A stretch of DNA of 64,000 nt from Geopsychrobacteraceae bacterium (GCA_963676795.2 CAXXTB010000002.1:160001-224000), one strand, 5' to 3'; counted from the stretch's first letter, positions 29,720-39,722 are shown. Notes: generated by a model not told the origin, from the letters alone. Translations and numbers: made by a program.

Positions 29720-31342
29720 ATGGCAGACGAAAAGAACGATATCATGAAAACAGGCGCAGGGGCTGAAGAGAAGGCCGCTGACGTCAAAAAGAACATCATC
29801 GACGTCATCAAGGAGTGGCCACTGATGCGCAAGCTCAGTCTGGCCGGTGCGGTGGTTGTCTGTGTAGTTCTTTTCGGTGTGATTATCGCTCAGTCGCGGG
29901 TAGCGGACTACAGCCTGCTGTTCGCCAATCTGCCCAGTCGGGACGCCGCTACCGTTGTCCAGTGGCTGAAGGACCGCAAGATCCCTTACCGTCTTGATGA
30001 TGGCGGCCGCGATATCCTGATCCCAGCCGATCAGGTCTATGAGGCACGCATCGAGCTGGCCGGTTCCGGTCTGGCCGAAGGCGGAGTCGGTTTCGAGATC
30101 TTCGACAAGCAGAGCTTTGGCATGACCGATTTTGCCCAGAAGGTCAACTACCGTCGGGCCATGCAGGGCGAACTGCAGCGCACCATTTCCTCGCTGGCTC
30201 CGGTTGAATCGGCGCGCATCCATCTGGCGATCCCGGAAAAACGTCTGTTCCGTGAAGAGCAGCAGGCTGCGACAGCCTCGGTCATCGTCAAGCTTGAGCA
30301 GGGCCGTTATCTGACCGAACCTCAGTTGCAGGGGATCGTCCACCTGGTGGCTGGCAGTGTCGAAGGACTGGAAGCCGAGAATGTCACCGTCGTTGACTCG
30401 AGTGGCAAGGTTCTCTCCAAGAGCCGCGCCGATGAACTGGGCGGGCCGATGACCCCGGGCATGCTGACCTATCAGCAGACCATGGAAAAACGCCTGGAAA
30501 GCCGCGCCCAGTCGCTGCTTGACCGTGCTCTCGGAGCCGGCAACTCGCTGGTCCGGGTCAATGCCGAGCTTGATTTCGATCAGCGTGAACGGGTCGAAGA
30601 GGCGCTTGATCCGAAAGGTTCGGTGGTGGTCAGCGAACAGACCAGTAATGAAGAGGGGGGCGGCGAGGTCTCCCAGGGGGTTCCCGGGGTCGTCTCCAAC
30701 CTGCAGAACAACGGTGGCTCGACCACGGCCAGAACGCCGGCGAGCCGTTCCAACGAGACGGTCAATTACGAGCTGAGTAAGGTGGTCAGCAAAACCGTCG
30801 AGTCGGTCGGCAGCCTCAAGGCCCTGTCGGTCTCGGTGCTGGTGGCCGACCGCGTGAGCACGGGTGCCAACCCCGGTGATCCGCCGGTCAGCACGCCGCG
30901 CAGCGCCCAGGAACTGCAGGAGATCGAGCAGATGATGCGCAGTGCTCTGGGGATCAATGACACCCGTGGCGATCTGATTTCTGTCGTATCGATGCCGTTT
31001 GAAAGCAGTTTCGAAGAGCAGCTCCCGGCGCCGACCGTGGTCGAGAAGGTCTATCCCTTCATGCCGCTCATCAAGTATGTGCTGCTGGCGATTGCCGCTC
31101 TGTTTGTCTACCTGCTGTTCTTCCGCCCGCTGATGAAAACCCTGCGTGGTGTCAAGGAAGAGACTCAACCGATGAAAACGGTGGAAGAGCTTGAAGCGGA
31201 GCTGCGTGGTGGAGAAGGGCCAGCGTTGCTCGGGACTTCTTCCGATCCCCTCGAGCGACTTCGTCAGGAAGTTATGGGAGGAGGTGCCGTGCCTGTTCAG
31301 ATCATCAAAACCTGGTTGCGTGAAGAAACAGCCGAATCATGA
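29720..31342 (+). CDS. fliF: MS-ring protein FliF
   Basis: GFEIFDKQSFGMTDF, RRAMQGELQRTI, two TMs. Confidence 0.96.
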   Translation: MADEKNDIMKTGAGAEEKAADVKKNIIDVIKEWPLMRKLSLAGAVVVCVVLFGVIIAQSRVADYSLLFANLPSRDAATVVQWLKDRKIPYRLDDGGRDILIPADQVYEARIELAGSGLAEGGVGFEIFDKQSFGMTDFAQKVNYRRAMQGELQRTISSLAPVESARIHLAIPEKRLFREEQQAATASVIVKLEQGRYLTEPQLQGIVHLVAGSVEGLEAENVTVVDSSGKVLSKSRADELGGPMTPGMLTYQQTMEKRLESRAQSLLDRALGAGNSLVRVNAELDFDQRERVEEALDPKGSVVVSEQTSNEEGGGEVSQGVPGVVSNLQNNGGSTTARTPASRSNETVNYELSKVVSKTVESVGSLKALSVSVLVADRVSTGANPGDPPVSTPRSAQELQEIEQMMRSALGINDTRGDLISVVSMPFESSFEEQLPAPTVVEKVYPFMPLIKYVLLAIAALFVYLLFFRPLMKTLRGVKEETQPMKTVEELEAELRGGEGPALLGTSSDPLERLRQEVMGGGAVPVQIIKTWLREETAES

Positions 31343-31374
31343 TCTGTTGTGTTTGATATGGGGAGTATAACAAG

Positions 31375-32388
31375 GTGATGAAAGCAAAAGCTCTGACTGG
31401 AGCTCAAAAAGCGGCAATCCTTCTGCTGTGTCTTGGCGAAGAAGTCTCGGGTAAGATTTTCGAAGCCCTGGATGATAAGGAAGTGCGTGAAATCACCCGT
31501 GAGATGATCGCTATCGAACATGTCGACGGGGCCGTGGCGCGGGAAATTCTTGAGGAGTACAACAAGGTCCGTGGTGGTGATATCGGCGTTTATGTCCGCG
31601 GTGGAGAGTTTGCCAAACATGCGATATTGGGGACCGGGGATCCGACCCGCGCCCAGAATCTGCTGGAACAGGTTCATGCCGGGATCGAATCACGTCCTTT
31701 GGAAACCATTTCCAAAATGCATCCGCGGATGGTTGCCGGCTTGCTGGAAAATGAACATCCCCAGACGGTGGCGCTTATTTTGTCGACCCAGAAAGAAGAT
31801 CTGACCAGCCGGGTCCTTTCTGAAATGCCTGACGATCTGCGCGGTGAAATCGTCTACCGGATCGCCAAGATTGACACCGTATCACCGGAGGTCATCAATC
31901 AGATTGAGGAAGCTCTTCAGCGGGATGTCGGTGTCGCTGTGGGCCGTGACCAGAAGCAGGTCGGCGGGATCGATAAGGTTGTCGAGATTCTGGCCAAACT
32001 GGACAAATCGTCCGAACAGGGGATTCTGACCAGTATTGAAGCGGCTGATCCTGAAATGGCCGAAGAAATCCGCCGTCATATGTTCACCTTCGAAGATATG
32101 GTGATGATCGATAGCCGCGGGATGCAGGCTGTTCTGCGCGAGGTCAGCACCGATATGCTGACCCTGGCCTTGAAGACGGCCAGCAATGAGATCAAAGAGA
32201 AGATTTTTGCCAATATTTCCCAGCGGGCGGCCGATATGATTGCCGAGGATCTCGAGGCCATGGGGCCACGCAAGCTCTCAGAGGTCGAGGCGATGCAGTC
32301 CGAAGTGGTGAGGGTGGCACTGAAGCTGGAAGAAGAAGGAACCATAGTCATTCCTGGACGAGGTGGTAGCGGCGATGAGCTTGTCTAA
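31375..32388 (+). CDS. fliG: Motor switch protein FliG
   Basis: KAAILL, EHPQTVA, GG linker, MFTFED. Confidence 0.97.
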   Translation: MMKAKALTGAQKAAILLLCLGEEVSGKIFEALDDKEVREITREMIAIEHVDGAVAREILEEYNKVRGGDIGVYVRGGEFAKHAILGTGDPTRAQNLLEQVHAGIESRPLETISKMHPRMVAGLLENEHPQTVALILSTQKEDLTSRVLSEMPDDLRGEIVYRIAKIDTVSPEVINQIEEALQRDVGVAVGRDQKQVGGIDKVVEILAKLDKSSEQGILTSIEAADPEMAEEIRRHMFTFEDMVMIDSRGMQAVLREVSTDMLTLALKTASNEIKEKIFANISQRAADMIAEDLEAMGPRKLSEVEAMQSEVVRVALKLEEEGTIVIPGRGGSGDELV

Positions 32389-33052
32389 AATCTACAGAGG
32401 AGAACAGGCCGCCGGCCTGAGAGCATTTCAGTTCGCCTCATTCGGTGAGGGGGCCGTTCAACAGTGTGCGGAACCGGCTGAGTTTGTTGCCGATGGCAGT
32501 CAGCAGGTCATGAACGCGGAGCCGTTTGAGCCAGCGGCGCCGGGACACAGTGCTGAAGAGCTCGAAGAGGCTTACGCCAAGGGCGTAAGCGATGGCCTGG
32601 AGCAGGCCCGCCTGCAGTTCGGTGACAGTGCTCAGTCTCTGGCCGATGCGGCGACCCAGCTCAGTCGCCTGCGCGACGATCTGGCCCGCAACAGCTCACA
32701 GGATATGCTGCGTCTGGTGATGGCTATTGCCGAACAGGTCATCCGCCGCGAGGCCCAGTCAGGTGCTGACGTGGTGCTCAAGATCATTGAGCATGCCCTG
32801 CAGTCCTCGGTGCGGGCCGACCAGTACCGGGTCAAGGTCAATCCTGACGATCTTGACAAGGTCGTCGAAAACAAGCCGCTCTTTCTGGCCAGTATCGGTG
32901 GCCTGAAAAACCTCTCCGTTGAAGCCGATCCCGCTGTTTCACAAGGCGGCTGTCTGGTCGAGTCGGAGCTGGGGGAGGTCGATGCGACCATCGAAACCCA
33001 GCTGTCTTCCATTCGGCAGGTTCTCGATGAGGCGATCGCGGCGAAACGATGA
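32375..33052 (+). CDS. fliH: Flagellar assembly protein FliH
   Basis: AxxxGxxxG repeats, VNPDD, GGCLVES..G.VDA; located between fliG and fliI. Confidence 0.92.
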   Translation: MSLSKIYRGEQAAGLRAFQFASFGEGAVQQCAEPAEFVADGSQQVMNAEPFEPAAPGHSAEELEEAYAKGVSDGLEQARLQFGDSAQSLADAATQLSRLRDDLARNSSQDMLRLVMAIAEQVIRREAQSGADVVLKIIEHALQSSVRADQYRVKVNPDDLDKVVENKPLFLASIGGLKNLSVEADPAVSQGGCLVESELGEVDATIETQLSSIRQVLDEAIAAKR

Positions 33053-34365
33053 GATCCCTGGTCGATTGCGTCAAAGCTGTCAATCCGCTCAAGGTCAGCG
33101 GCAAGGTTATCCAGATCGTCGGGCTGGTCGTCGAAGGCTACTGTCCGACAGCGACGGTCGGCACCCTCTGTCAGCTGATTCCTCTCGGCGGCGGTGAGCC
33201 GGTTCCTGCCGAGGTGGTCGGTTTTCGCGATTCCAAGGCATTGCTGATGCCGCTTGGCGAGCTGCGGGGCCTGGGGCCGGGCAGTCTGATCCAGGTGGTG
33301 CGCGACCGGGCGACGCTCAATGTCGGCAATCAGCTGTTAGGCAGGGTTCTCGACGCCCTCGGTCAGCCGCTCGATGAGCTGCCGATACCATTCTGTCCTG
33401 ATGAAATGCCGCTCTACGCGCTGCCGCCAGGTCCCATGGCGCGCAAGCCGATCAAAGAGCCGCTCGATCTCGGCGTGCGCGCGATCAACGGTCTGTTGAC
33501 CTGCGGCATCGGCCAGCGGATGGGGATCATGGCCGGTTCCGGGGTCGGCAAGTCGGTGCTGCTCGGTATGATGGCCAAGCACACGGTCGCTGATGTCAAC
33601 GTCATCGCCCTGATCGGTGAGCGTGGCCGTGAAGTCCGCGAGTTCCTCGAGCGCGATCTTGGCCCCGAAGGGGTTGCGCGCTCGGTGGTTATCTGTGCGA
33701 CCTCCGACCAGTCGCCGCTGCTCAGGATGCGTGGCGCCTTTGTCGCCACAACCGTTGCCGAGTATTTCTGCAGGCAGGGGAAAAACGTTCTGCTGCTGAT
33801 GGATTCGGTCACCCGTTTCGCCATGGCGATGCGCGAGGTCGGTCTGGCGATCGGCGAGCCGCCGACCACCAAGGGCTATACCCCGTCGGTCTTCGCCACC
33901 CTGCCGAAACTGCTCGAGCGTGCCGGCAGCTTTTCCGGCCAGGGGAGTATCACCGGGCTCTATACGGTACTGGTCGAAGGGGACGATATGAATGAGCCGA
34001 TCGCCGACTCGGTCCGCTCCATCCTCGATGGTCACATCGTGCTATCCCGTGATCTGGCCGCCCGTAACCATTTCCCGGCGATCGACGTGCTGCGCTCGGC
34101 CAGTCGGGTCATGCGCGATATCGTGCCGGAGGAGCATATGCAGGCCGGTGGCCAGGCCCGTGAGATTCTGGCGACCTACAAGGAGGCGGAAGACCTGATC
34201 AATATCGGCGCCTACGCCGAAGGGAGCAACAAGCGGATCGATTACGCCATCTCCAGGATCGAGGCGGTCAACGGGTTTCTCAAGCAGGGAATGAACGACG
34301 CTGTCGACCTGGAAACCACTCTGGCCGAGCTGACTGAGCTGCTGCTCGACCGCAGGCGGGGGTAA
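33049..34365 (+). CDS. fliI: Flagellar export ATPase FliI
   Basis: Walker A GSGVGKS, GERGRE, DSVTRFA, GEPP..KGY. Confidence 0.97.
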   Translation: MRSLVDCVKAVNPLKVSGKVIQIVGLVVEGYCPTATVGTLCQLIPLGGGEPVPAEVVGFRDSKALLMPLGELRGLGPGSLIQVVRDRATLNVGNQLLGRVLDALGQPLDELPIPFCPDEMPLYALPPGPMARKPIKEPLDLGVRAINGLLTCGIGQRMGIMAGSGVGKSVLLGMMAKHTVADVNVIALIGERGREVREFLERDLGPEGVARSVVICATSDQSPLLRMRGAFVATTVAEYFCRQGKNVLLLMDSVTRFAMAMREVGLAIGEPPTTKGYTPSVFATLPKLLERAGSFSGQGSITGLYTVLVEGDDMNEPIADSVRSILDGHIVLSRDLAARNHFPAIDVLRSASRVMRDIVPEEHMQAGGQAREILATYKEAEDLINIGAYAEGSNKRIDYAISRIEAVNGFLKQGMNDAVDLETTLAELTELLLDRRRG

Positions 34366-34468
34366 GGATGGACCATCTCAAATTTGAAATTTCAGATTTC
34401 AGATCGCCGGAGGCGGTAAGGGTGGACCATTTCAGATTTGAAGTTTCAGCTTTGAAATCGCCGGAGGC
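34361..34468. repeat. Tandem 2 x 54-bp repeat, each unit containing four ATYTSAR-type heptamers
   Basis: GGTAAGG(A/G)TGGACC-[4 heptamers]-ATCGCCGGAGGC at 34361-34414 and 34415-34468. Confidence 0.9.
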
Positions 34469-34475
34469 GTGCTGA
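34368..34475 (+). CDS. Putative 35-aa micro-ORF MDHLKFEISDFRSPEAVRVDHFRFEVSALKSPEAC bridging fliI and fliJ
   Basis: Starts 2 nt after the fliI stop; its TGA overlaps the fliJ ATG (TGATG). Translation is unproven. Confidence 0.4.
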   Translation: MDHLKFEISDFRSPEAVRVDHFRFEVSALKSPEAC

Positions 34476-34915
34476 TGGCGTACAAATTCAAACTTCAGTC
34501 GGTACTCAACTATCGGCAGATCCTTGAGGATCAGGCTCAGCAGCAGCTCTCAAGCAGTCTGCAGCAGCGCCTCGAGCTGCAGCAGCAGATGACTCGCGTC
34601 GCAGAGCGCCTGATGCAGACCGACCGGGAGCTCAAACTTAAACAGCAAAAAGGGATGGATATCGCCGATCTGACCCTTTTCGAGGATCAGATCAGCCACT
34701 GTCAGCGCCAGTTGGATCTGTTGCGCAAACAGCAGCTCAGGCTGGAAAGAACCATCGATGAACAGCGTCAGGAGCTGTTGCAGGCCTCTATGGAACGTCA
34801 GGTCATGGAAAAGCTCAGGGACAAACAGAAAGACGAATATCTGCGGGCAGAAGGGCGCAAGGAGCGTGAGCTGCTTGATGAAATCAGCCTGCGGGGTAAA
34901 GGAGACAGCCAATGA
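34475..34915 (+). CDS. fliJ: Flagellar export protein FliJ
   Basis: FKLQSVLNYR, EKLRDK, E...LDE; follows fliI. Confidence 0.93.
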   Translation: MAYKFKLQSVLNYRQILEDQAQQQLSSSLQQRLELQQQMTRVAERLMQTDRELKLKQQKGMDIADLTLFEDQISHCQRQLDLLRKQQLRLERTIDEQRQELLQASMERQVMEKLRDKQKDEYLRAEGRKERELLDEISLRGKGDSQ

Positions 34916-35454
34916 AACGGATGATGTTCTGGCTGCTGGTCCTGGTGAGTCTGGGAGCCGTCGGTTTTGCCGCAGATGCCACGCCGGGCACTGAAAACGA
35001 TACGACCATCTCTTCGGTCGAAGAGCGCCGTATCCTCGTTTCCGTGGAACAGGAACGGGCGAAATTGCTGGAACGGGAAAAAGAAGTCGATGGCCGGGAA
35101 ATGCAGCTAAAGACTCTTGAGGGCGAGGTCGATAAGAAGCTCGCAGAGATGCAGAGCCTAAGGACGGAACTGCTCAACCTGATCGAGAGCAACAAGCAGG
35201 CCGAGCAGAAAGTGCAGGATCTGGTCAAGCAGGTCGAAACGGAGCGAATCTCCGAACTGAGCCTGATGTACGAGAAGATGAGCCCGCAGAAGGCCGCAAT
35301 TCTGCTAAAGGATCTTGATCAGGATGTCGCAGTCGGCGTGCTCCTCGGGCTGAAGAAAAAGTCGGCCGGAAAAATTCTCGACAGTCTTGATGCGGACACG
35401 GCGATCCAGCTCAGCTCAGCGCTTACCGAGATCGATATCCCGGATACGCAATAG
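34912..35454 (+). CDS. MotE/YlxF-like flagellar protein (coiled coil plus MgtE-N-like domain)
   Basis: Signal/TM segment, coiled coil, YEKMSPQKAA.LL...AGKILDSLD. Confidence 0.75.
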   Translation: MKRMMFWLLVLVSLGAVGFAADATPGTENDTTISSVEERRILVSVEQERAKLLEREKEVDGREMQLKTLEGEVDKKLAEMQSLRTELLNLIESNKQAEQKVQDLVKQVETERISELSLMYEKMSPQKAAILLKDLDQDVAVGVLLGLKKKSAGKILDSLDADTAIQLSSALTEIDIPDTQ

Positions 35455-35503
35455 CGGGAACAGTCCGCAACGAACCTTATCCCATAGAAAGGAGGTGAAT
35501 GAG

Positions 35504-37105
35504 ATGCAAACAGTCATGAACGTCGATATGGCATCGACCGTTGGAGACAATCTGTTTTCCTCCAGAACGACATCCGCAGGCAGCCAGGATTTCGGGCGGG
35601 TCATGAACGAAGCCCGTCAGGCCGGGAAGAAGTCTGAAGTCAACACTGGCGAAGCCAGGTCTGAACAAAAGGCAATCCAGCAAAAATCGCATAAGCAGGC
35701 TGAACGGCCGGAAACGGCGGATCAAACCGATGCTGTCGCTCAGACAGATCAGGTCGAAGCTCAGCAGGCTGGCATCACTGACGACGCTGCTGTCATCAAC
35801 AAAAAGCCTGAAAAGGTTCAGCACGAGCTGGTAAACCTGCTGCAGACTCTGGCAGAGGTCTCTGACCAGGTCAGTGATTCGCAAGAGGTCGATCTGGATG
35901 GGCTGCTGAGTCAGTTGGTGACAACTCTGAACGATGCAGTTGACAACAGCGAGCTGCATGGCGAGCATGTGGTCGCCGGGGTTGATCTTTCGCCCTTGGT
36001 CGATATGCTCAAGGACCTTGAGTCGTCTGAGGATCCGCAGGCCACCCTCTCCGGGTTGACTGATCAGCTCAAGGAGCAGTTGCACGCTCTGTTTGAAACC
36101 AGAGAAAGCGGTGCTGCGGCGGTTTCTCCTGAGGTTGTTGCTCAGGCTCCTGGCGTTGTCCCTGTGACGGAAACTCTTGCCCAGGCCCGTCAGTTGCTGC
36201 AGAAAGCCATTGACGCAGTTGCCTCTCAGAACGAAAACGAGGTGGCTGGCGGTGATGAGCAGCAAGTTGTTGGCGAGGATCTGTCGTTGTTCAAAACAGA
36301 GACAAAGGACGAGATCGATCCGCGCTTTGCCGGACTGCTGAATGTTCGTCAACAGTCGCGCAGCGGCTCTGACGCTTCAACGGTTCCTGTCAACGGGCAA
36401 AAAAACAGCGAGCAGGTTGCCAGTGGAAGCGCGGTAACCACTGAAGCGTCCCCGGCTGAAGGACTTGAAGCTCAGGTTCCGGCTCAGTCTCAGGCTGCGG
36501 TCCCGTCTCAGCCTCAGGTCGAAGCAGGACCGCAACAGGCAACGGCGCATAATGTCACGCAGTCTCAGGGACAGGCCCAACTGGCCGGTCTGAATGCGCA
36601 ACCTCAGGCCAACGGCGTACAGGTTTCTGTGCAGCCCCAGGCACAGCAGGTTTTTACTCTGGCCAGCGGAACTCAGGTCAGTGAGAGTCAGATCTTTGAT
36701 CAGGTTGTCACACATATCTCCGGCAGCGCCAACGGTGAAACCGGACGTATGGTTGTCCGCCTCAACCCCGCCGAACTGGGCAGCCTCAAGCTGGATCTGC
36801 AGGTCGAAGGGGACAAGGTTCGCGCCAATATCCATGCCCAGAGTCAGCAGGTTCAGGAAGTGATCGAACGTAACCTGCCGCAATTGCGCAATGCCCTGGC
36901 CGAACAGGGGCTGAAGATCGATCAGTTCCAGGTCAGTGTCGATCAGCAGCAGGATCAGAACCGCTTTGCCGGACAGCAGCAACAGCAGTCACGCAATTCT
37001 TCCGCCCGGCAGATCTGGCACAACGAAGGGACGGCAGAAGAACAGTCGATCCCCCTGGCCCACCTGGTTCAGAACGGTGGCGGAGGCATCAGCCTCCACG
37101 TCTAA
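35504..37105 (+). CDS. fliK: Hook-length control protein FliK
   Basis: Low-complexity N-terminus; C-terminal RLNPAELG...LPQLRNALAEQGL; precedes flgD. Confidence 0.92.
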   Translation: MQTVMNVDMASTVGDNLFSSRTTSAGSQDFGRVMNEARQAGKKSEVNTGEARSEQKAIQQKSHKQAERPETADQTDAVAQTDQVEAQQAGITDDAAVINKKPEKVQHELVNLLQTLAEVSDQVSDSQEVDLDGLLSQLVTTLNDAVDNSELHGEHVVAGVDLSPLVDMLKDLESSEDPQATLSGLTDQLKEQLHALFETRESGAAAVSPEVVAQAPGVVPVTETLAQARQLLQKAIDAVASQNENEVAGGDEQQVVGEDLSLFKTETKDEIDPRFAGLLNVRQQSRSGSDASTVPVNGQKNSEQVASGSAVTTEASPAEGLEAQVPAQSQAAVPSQPQVEAGPQQATAHNVTQSQGQAQLAGLNAQPQANGVQVSVQPQAQQVFTLASGTQVSESQIFDQVVTHISGSANGETGRMVVRLNPAELGSLKLDLQVEGDKVRANIHAQSQQVQEVIERNLPQLRNALAEQGLKIDQFQVSVDQQQDQNRFAGQQQQQSRNSSARQIWHNEGTAEEQSIPLAHLVQNGGGGISLHV

Positions 37106-37141
37106 AAGTATAAAAATTCTAAAGAAAGGAGGATTAGATAG

Positions 37142-37810
37142 ATGGCGGCAATCAGTGGAATCGATACAGGCTATTCAATCAGCAGCCTGACCTCGTCGAA
37201 AACTGAAGACGTGTCGATGGGCAAAGAGGATTTTCTGACCCTGCTCGTCGCTCAGCTGCAGAATCAGGATCCGATGAACCCTTCCGATGCGACTGAATTC
37301 ACGGCCCAACTTGCCCAGTTCAGTCAGCTGGAGCAGTTGACCAACGTCAACAGCAGCCTGGAAGGCTTGGCAACCATGAGCAGCGAGATGCAGCGCATGT
37401 CGGCACTTGGCCTGATTGGTCAGGATGTCGTCGCCCAGGCCGATGAGTTCGACTTCAACGGTGAGTCCGTTGAACTGGGTTATCGTCTCGACAGCCCGGC
37501 CGAGGATGTCAAGCTTTACGTGCTGGGTTCAAGCGGCGCAACCCTGGCGACCCTGACAGCACAGGACACCTCGGCGGGAGAACATTTCTTCAGCTGGGAT
37601 GGCACGACCGACACCGGCATGCCGTTGGTGGCGGGGCATTACAGCCTGGTGGCCAGGGCTGTCGACGCCGATGAAGCCCTGTTGAACTGTCAGACCCTGG
37701 TTCAGGGGCAGGTCAGTGCCGTTGACTTGAGTGCCGAACCGGCACAGCTGGAAACAACGGCGGGCACCTTCTCGATCTCCAAGGTCGATAAGGCAGGGGC
37801 GGTCCTATGA
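37142..37810 (+). CDS. flgD: Hook capping protein FlgD
   Basis: FLTLLVAQLQNQDPMNP...QLAQFSQLEQ. Confidence 0.97.
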   Translation: MAAISGIDTGYSISSLTSSKTEDVSMGKEDFLTLLVAQLQNQDPMNPSDATEFTAQLAQFSQLEQLTNVNSSLEGLATMSSEMQRMSALGLIGQDVVAQADEFDFNGESVELGYRLDSPAEDVKLYVLGSSGATLATLTAQDTSAGEHFFSWDGTTDTGMPLVAGHYSLVARAVDADEALLNCQTLVQGQVSAVDLSAEPAQLETTAGTFSISKVDKAGAVL

Positions 37811-38190
37811 GTGATGATCTGACCATTATCCCGCAACCGATCGGGGTTGCCAGGCCTCAACAGGCCAAGGGAGTGCAGCAGGCTCAGAGGAGCGGCCAGA
37901 GTTTTGATCAGCTGCTCAACAAGAAGATAGATCAGGGCAGTGTCAAGTTTTCCCGCCACGCCAGTGAACGGATGCAAAGTCGCGGTATTTCCTTTGATGC
38001 CGGACAGCTGCAGCGTCTCGAGAGCGCCGTCTCCCAGGCCAGCGCCAAGGGGTGCAGGGAATCGCTGGTGATGCTGGATGAAACAGCCCTGGTGGTCAGC
38101 GTAAAAAACGATACCGTGGTCACAGTGGTTGATCGCGAACAGATGAAAAACAACGTTTTTACAAATATCGACAGCGCAGTAATCGCTTAA
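37807..38190 (+). CDS. Flagellar operon protein (TIGR02530-like)
   Basis: KFSRHASERMQSRGI...NVFTNIDSAVI, located between flgD and flgE. Confidence 0.85.
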   Translation: MSDDLTIIPQPIGVARPQQAKGVQQAQRSGQSFDQLLNKKIDQGSVKFSRHASERMQSRGISFDAGQLQRLESAVSQASAKGCRESLVMLDETALVVSVKNDTVVTVVDREQMKNNVFTNIDSAVIA

Positions 38191-38192
38191 TC

Positions 38193-38246
38193 CGAACCGG
38201 TCCTCTTGGAGGAGGTTCGCAAGCCGCCGACCGATAGACGCGGCTT
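38193..38246 (+). promoter_or_regulatory. Two-hairpin RNA leader upstream of flgE (candidate cis-regulatory RNA)
   Basis: CGAACC-gg-TCCTC-ttg-GAGGA-GGTTCG and AAGCCGC-12nt-GCGGCTT; no U-tract. Confidence 0.5.
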
Positions 38247-38264
38247 CCCAAAAGGAGAGACAAG

Positions 38265-39596
38265 ATGGGTGTATCCAGTTCTTTGTACAGTGGTGTCAGT
38301 GGCTTGAACGCCAACGGTAACGCCATGAGCGTTATCGGTAACAATATTGCCAACGCCAATACAGTCGGTTTTAAATCGAGCCGGGCGATCTTCGGTGACC
38401 TGCTCTCCAGCCAGATCTCGGGCTCCGGCGGGATTTCCCAGGTTGGCCGCGGGGTCGGCCTGTCGATCGTCGACAACATCTTCAGCCAGGGCACCTTTGA
38501 AAACACCGAAACCAATACCGATCTGGCAGTTGAAGGGGCCGGTTTCTTTATCGTCAGTGATCCGTCAACTGGAAATACTGTCAATAACTATACCCGGGCC
38601 GGAGCCTTCCGCTTTGATGCCAATGGCTACATGGTGAACCCGGAAGGTTACAATGTCATGGGTTACCAGCTGGATGAAGAGGGTAATGCTATCGGTGACC
38701 TGACGCCGATCTGGGCCAACACCCAGTCTTTTACCCAGGCGGGTTATACAGCGAATATCGATCTGAATACCAACCTCGATTCCGATTCGATAGCCATTCC
38801 GACCGGCTTCGATCCTCTCGATCCGACCAACTCATCCAACTATGCAACCTCGATCCAGGTCTACGACAGTCTGGGGAGTACCCACCTGATGACCACCTAT
38901 TTCACCAAGACGGCCGATCAGTCCTGGCAATGGAACACGGTTGTCGACGGCGGCGAGCTGACCGGGGGGACTGCCGGCGTTCTCGAGGTTGTCGGGAGCG
39001 GAACGCTGGGTTTTGATGCCAGCGGTGACCTGATCACTATCGACGGCAACGACCTGTACACGACCCCCGGCGATACCTCAAGCGACCCGGTCAATCCTCG
39101 ACCGGCTGCTGTGACGACCGCCGGTGCTCTCGACTGGAACAACGGGGCGATTCAGACCCAGCAGGTGTCGATCGATATGCAGACCAGTCAGTATGCCAGC
39201 CCCTCGGTCGTGGTTTCCCAGGAGCAGGATGGCTACGGAACCGGTACCCTGGTGAAGTTGAGTGTCGATGAGCTCGGCAATGTCGTTGGTAACTTCTCCA
39301 ACGGCACACCGCGTAAACTGATGCGTCTCGCTCTGGCCAAGTTCACCAACCCGAACGCTCTTGATAAGGTTGGCAACAATATGTTCGCCCAGAGCAACAA
39401 TTCCGGTGTTCCGGTTATCGGTACCGTTGGCTCAGGTGTCGGTAATATCTTTACCAATGCGCTGGAACTTTCCAACGTCGATCTGGCCCAGGAGTTTGTC
39501 AAGATGATAACCACCCAGCGCGGTTTTTCGGCCAACTCGAAGACGATCACCACGACGGACGAAATGCTGACAGAGGTTATTAATCTGAAACGCTAA
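38265..39596 (+). CDS. flgE: Flagellar hook protein FlgE
   Basis: GNNIANANTVGFK, YTRAGAF, YDSLG, LELSNVDLA.EF..MI..QRGF.AN. Confidence 0.97.
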   Translation: MGVSSSLYSGVSGLNANGNAMSVIGNNIANANTVGFKSSRAIFGDLLSSQISGSGGISQVGRGVGLSIVDNIFSQGTFENTETNTDLAVEGAGFFIVSDPSTGNTVNNYTRAGAFRFDANGYMVNPEGYNVMGYQLDEEGNAIGDLTPIWANTQSFTQAGYTANIDLNTNLDSDSIAIPTGFDPLDPTNSSNYATSIQVYDSLGSTHLMTTYFTKTADQSWQWNTVVDGGELTGGTAGVLEVVGSGTLGFDASGDLITIDGNDLYTTPGDTSSDPVNPRPAAVTTAGALDWNNGAIQTQQVSIDMQTSQYASPSVVVSQEQDGYGTGTLVKLSVDELGNVVGNFSNGTPRKLMRLALAKFTNPNALDKVGNNMFAQSNNSGVPVIGTVGSGVGNIFTNALELSNVDLAQEFVKMITTQRGFSANSKTITTTDEMLTEVINLKR

Positions 39597-39625
39597 TATT
39601 CTGGTCAAAATTATGACTTACTATG

Positions 39626-39664
39626 AGAGGGCTGCTCCAGTGACATGGACAGCCCTCTTTTTTT
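39626..39664 (+). terminator. Intrinsic terminator after flgE
   Basis: AGAGGGCTG/CAGCCCTCT plus T run. Confidence 0.8.
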
Positions 39665-39722
39665 GTTTTATAACAAACTGTAATTCGTATGGTTTTTATT
39701 TGTTGGAAAACGCTATGGAAGA

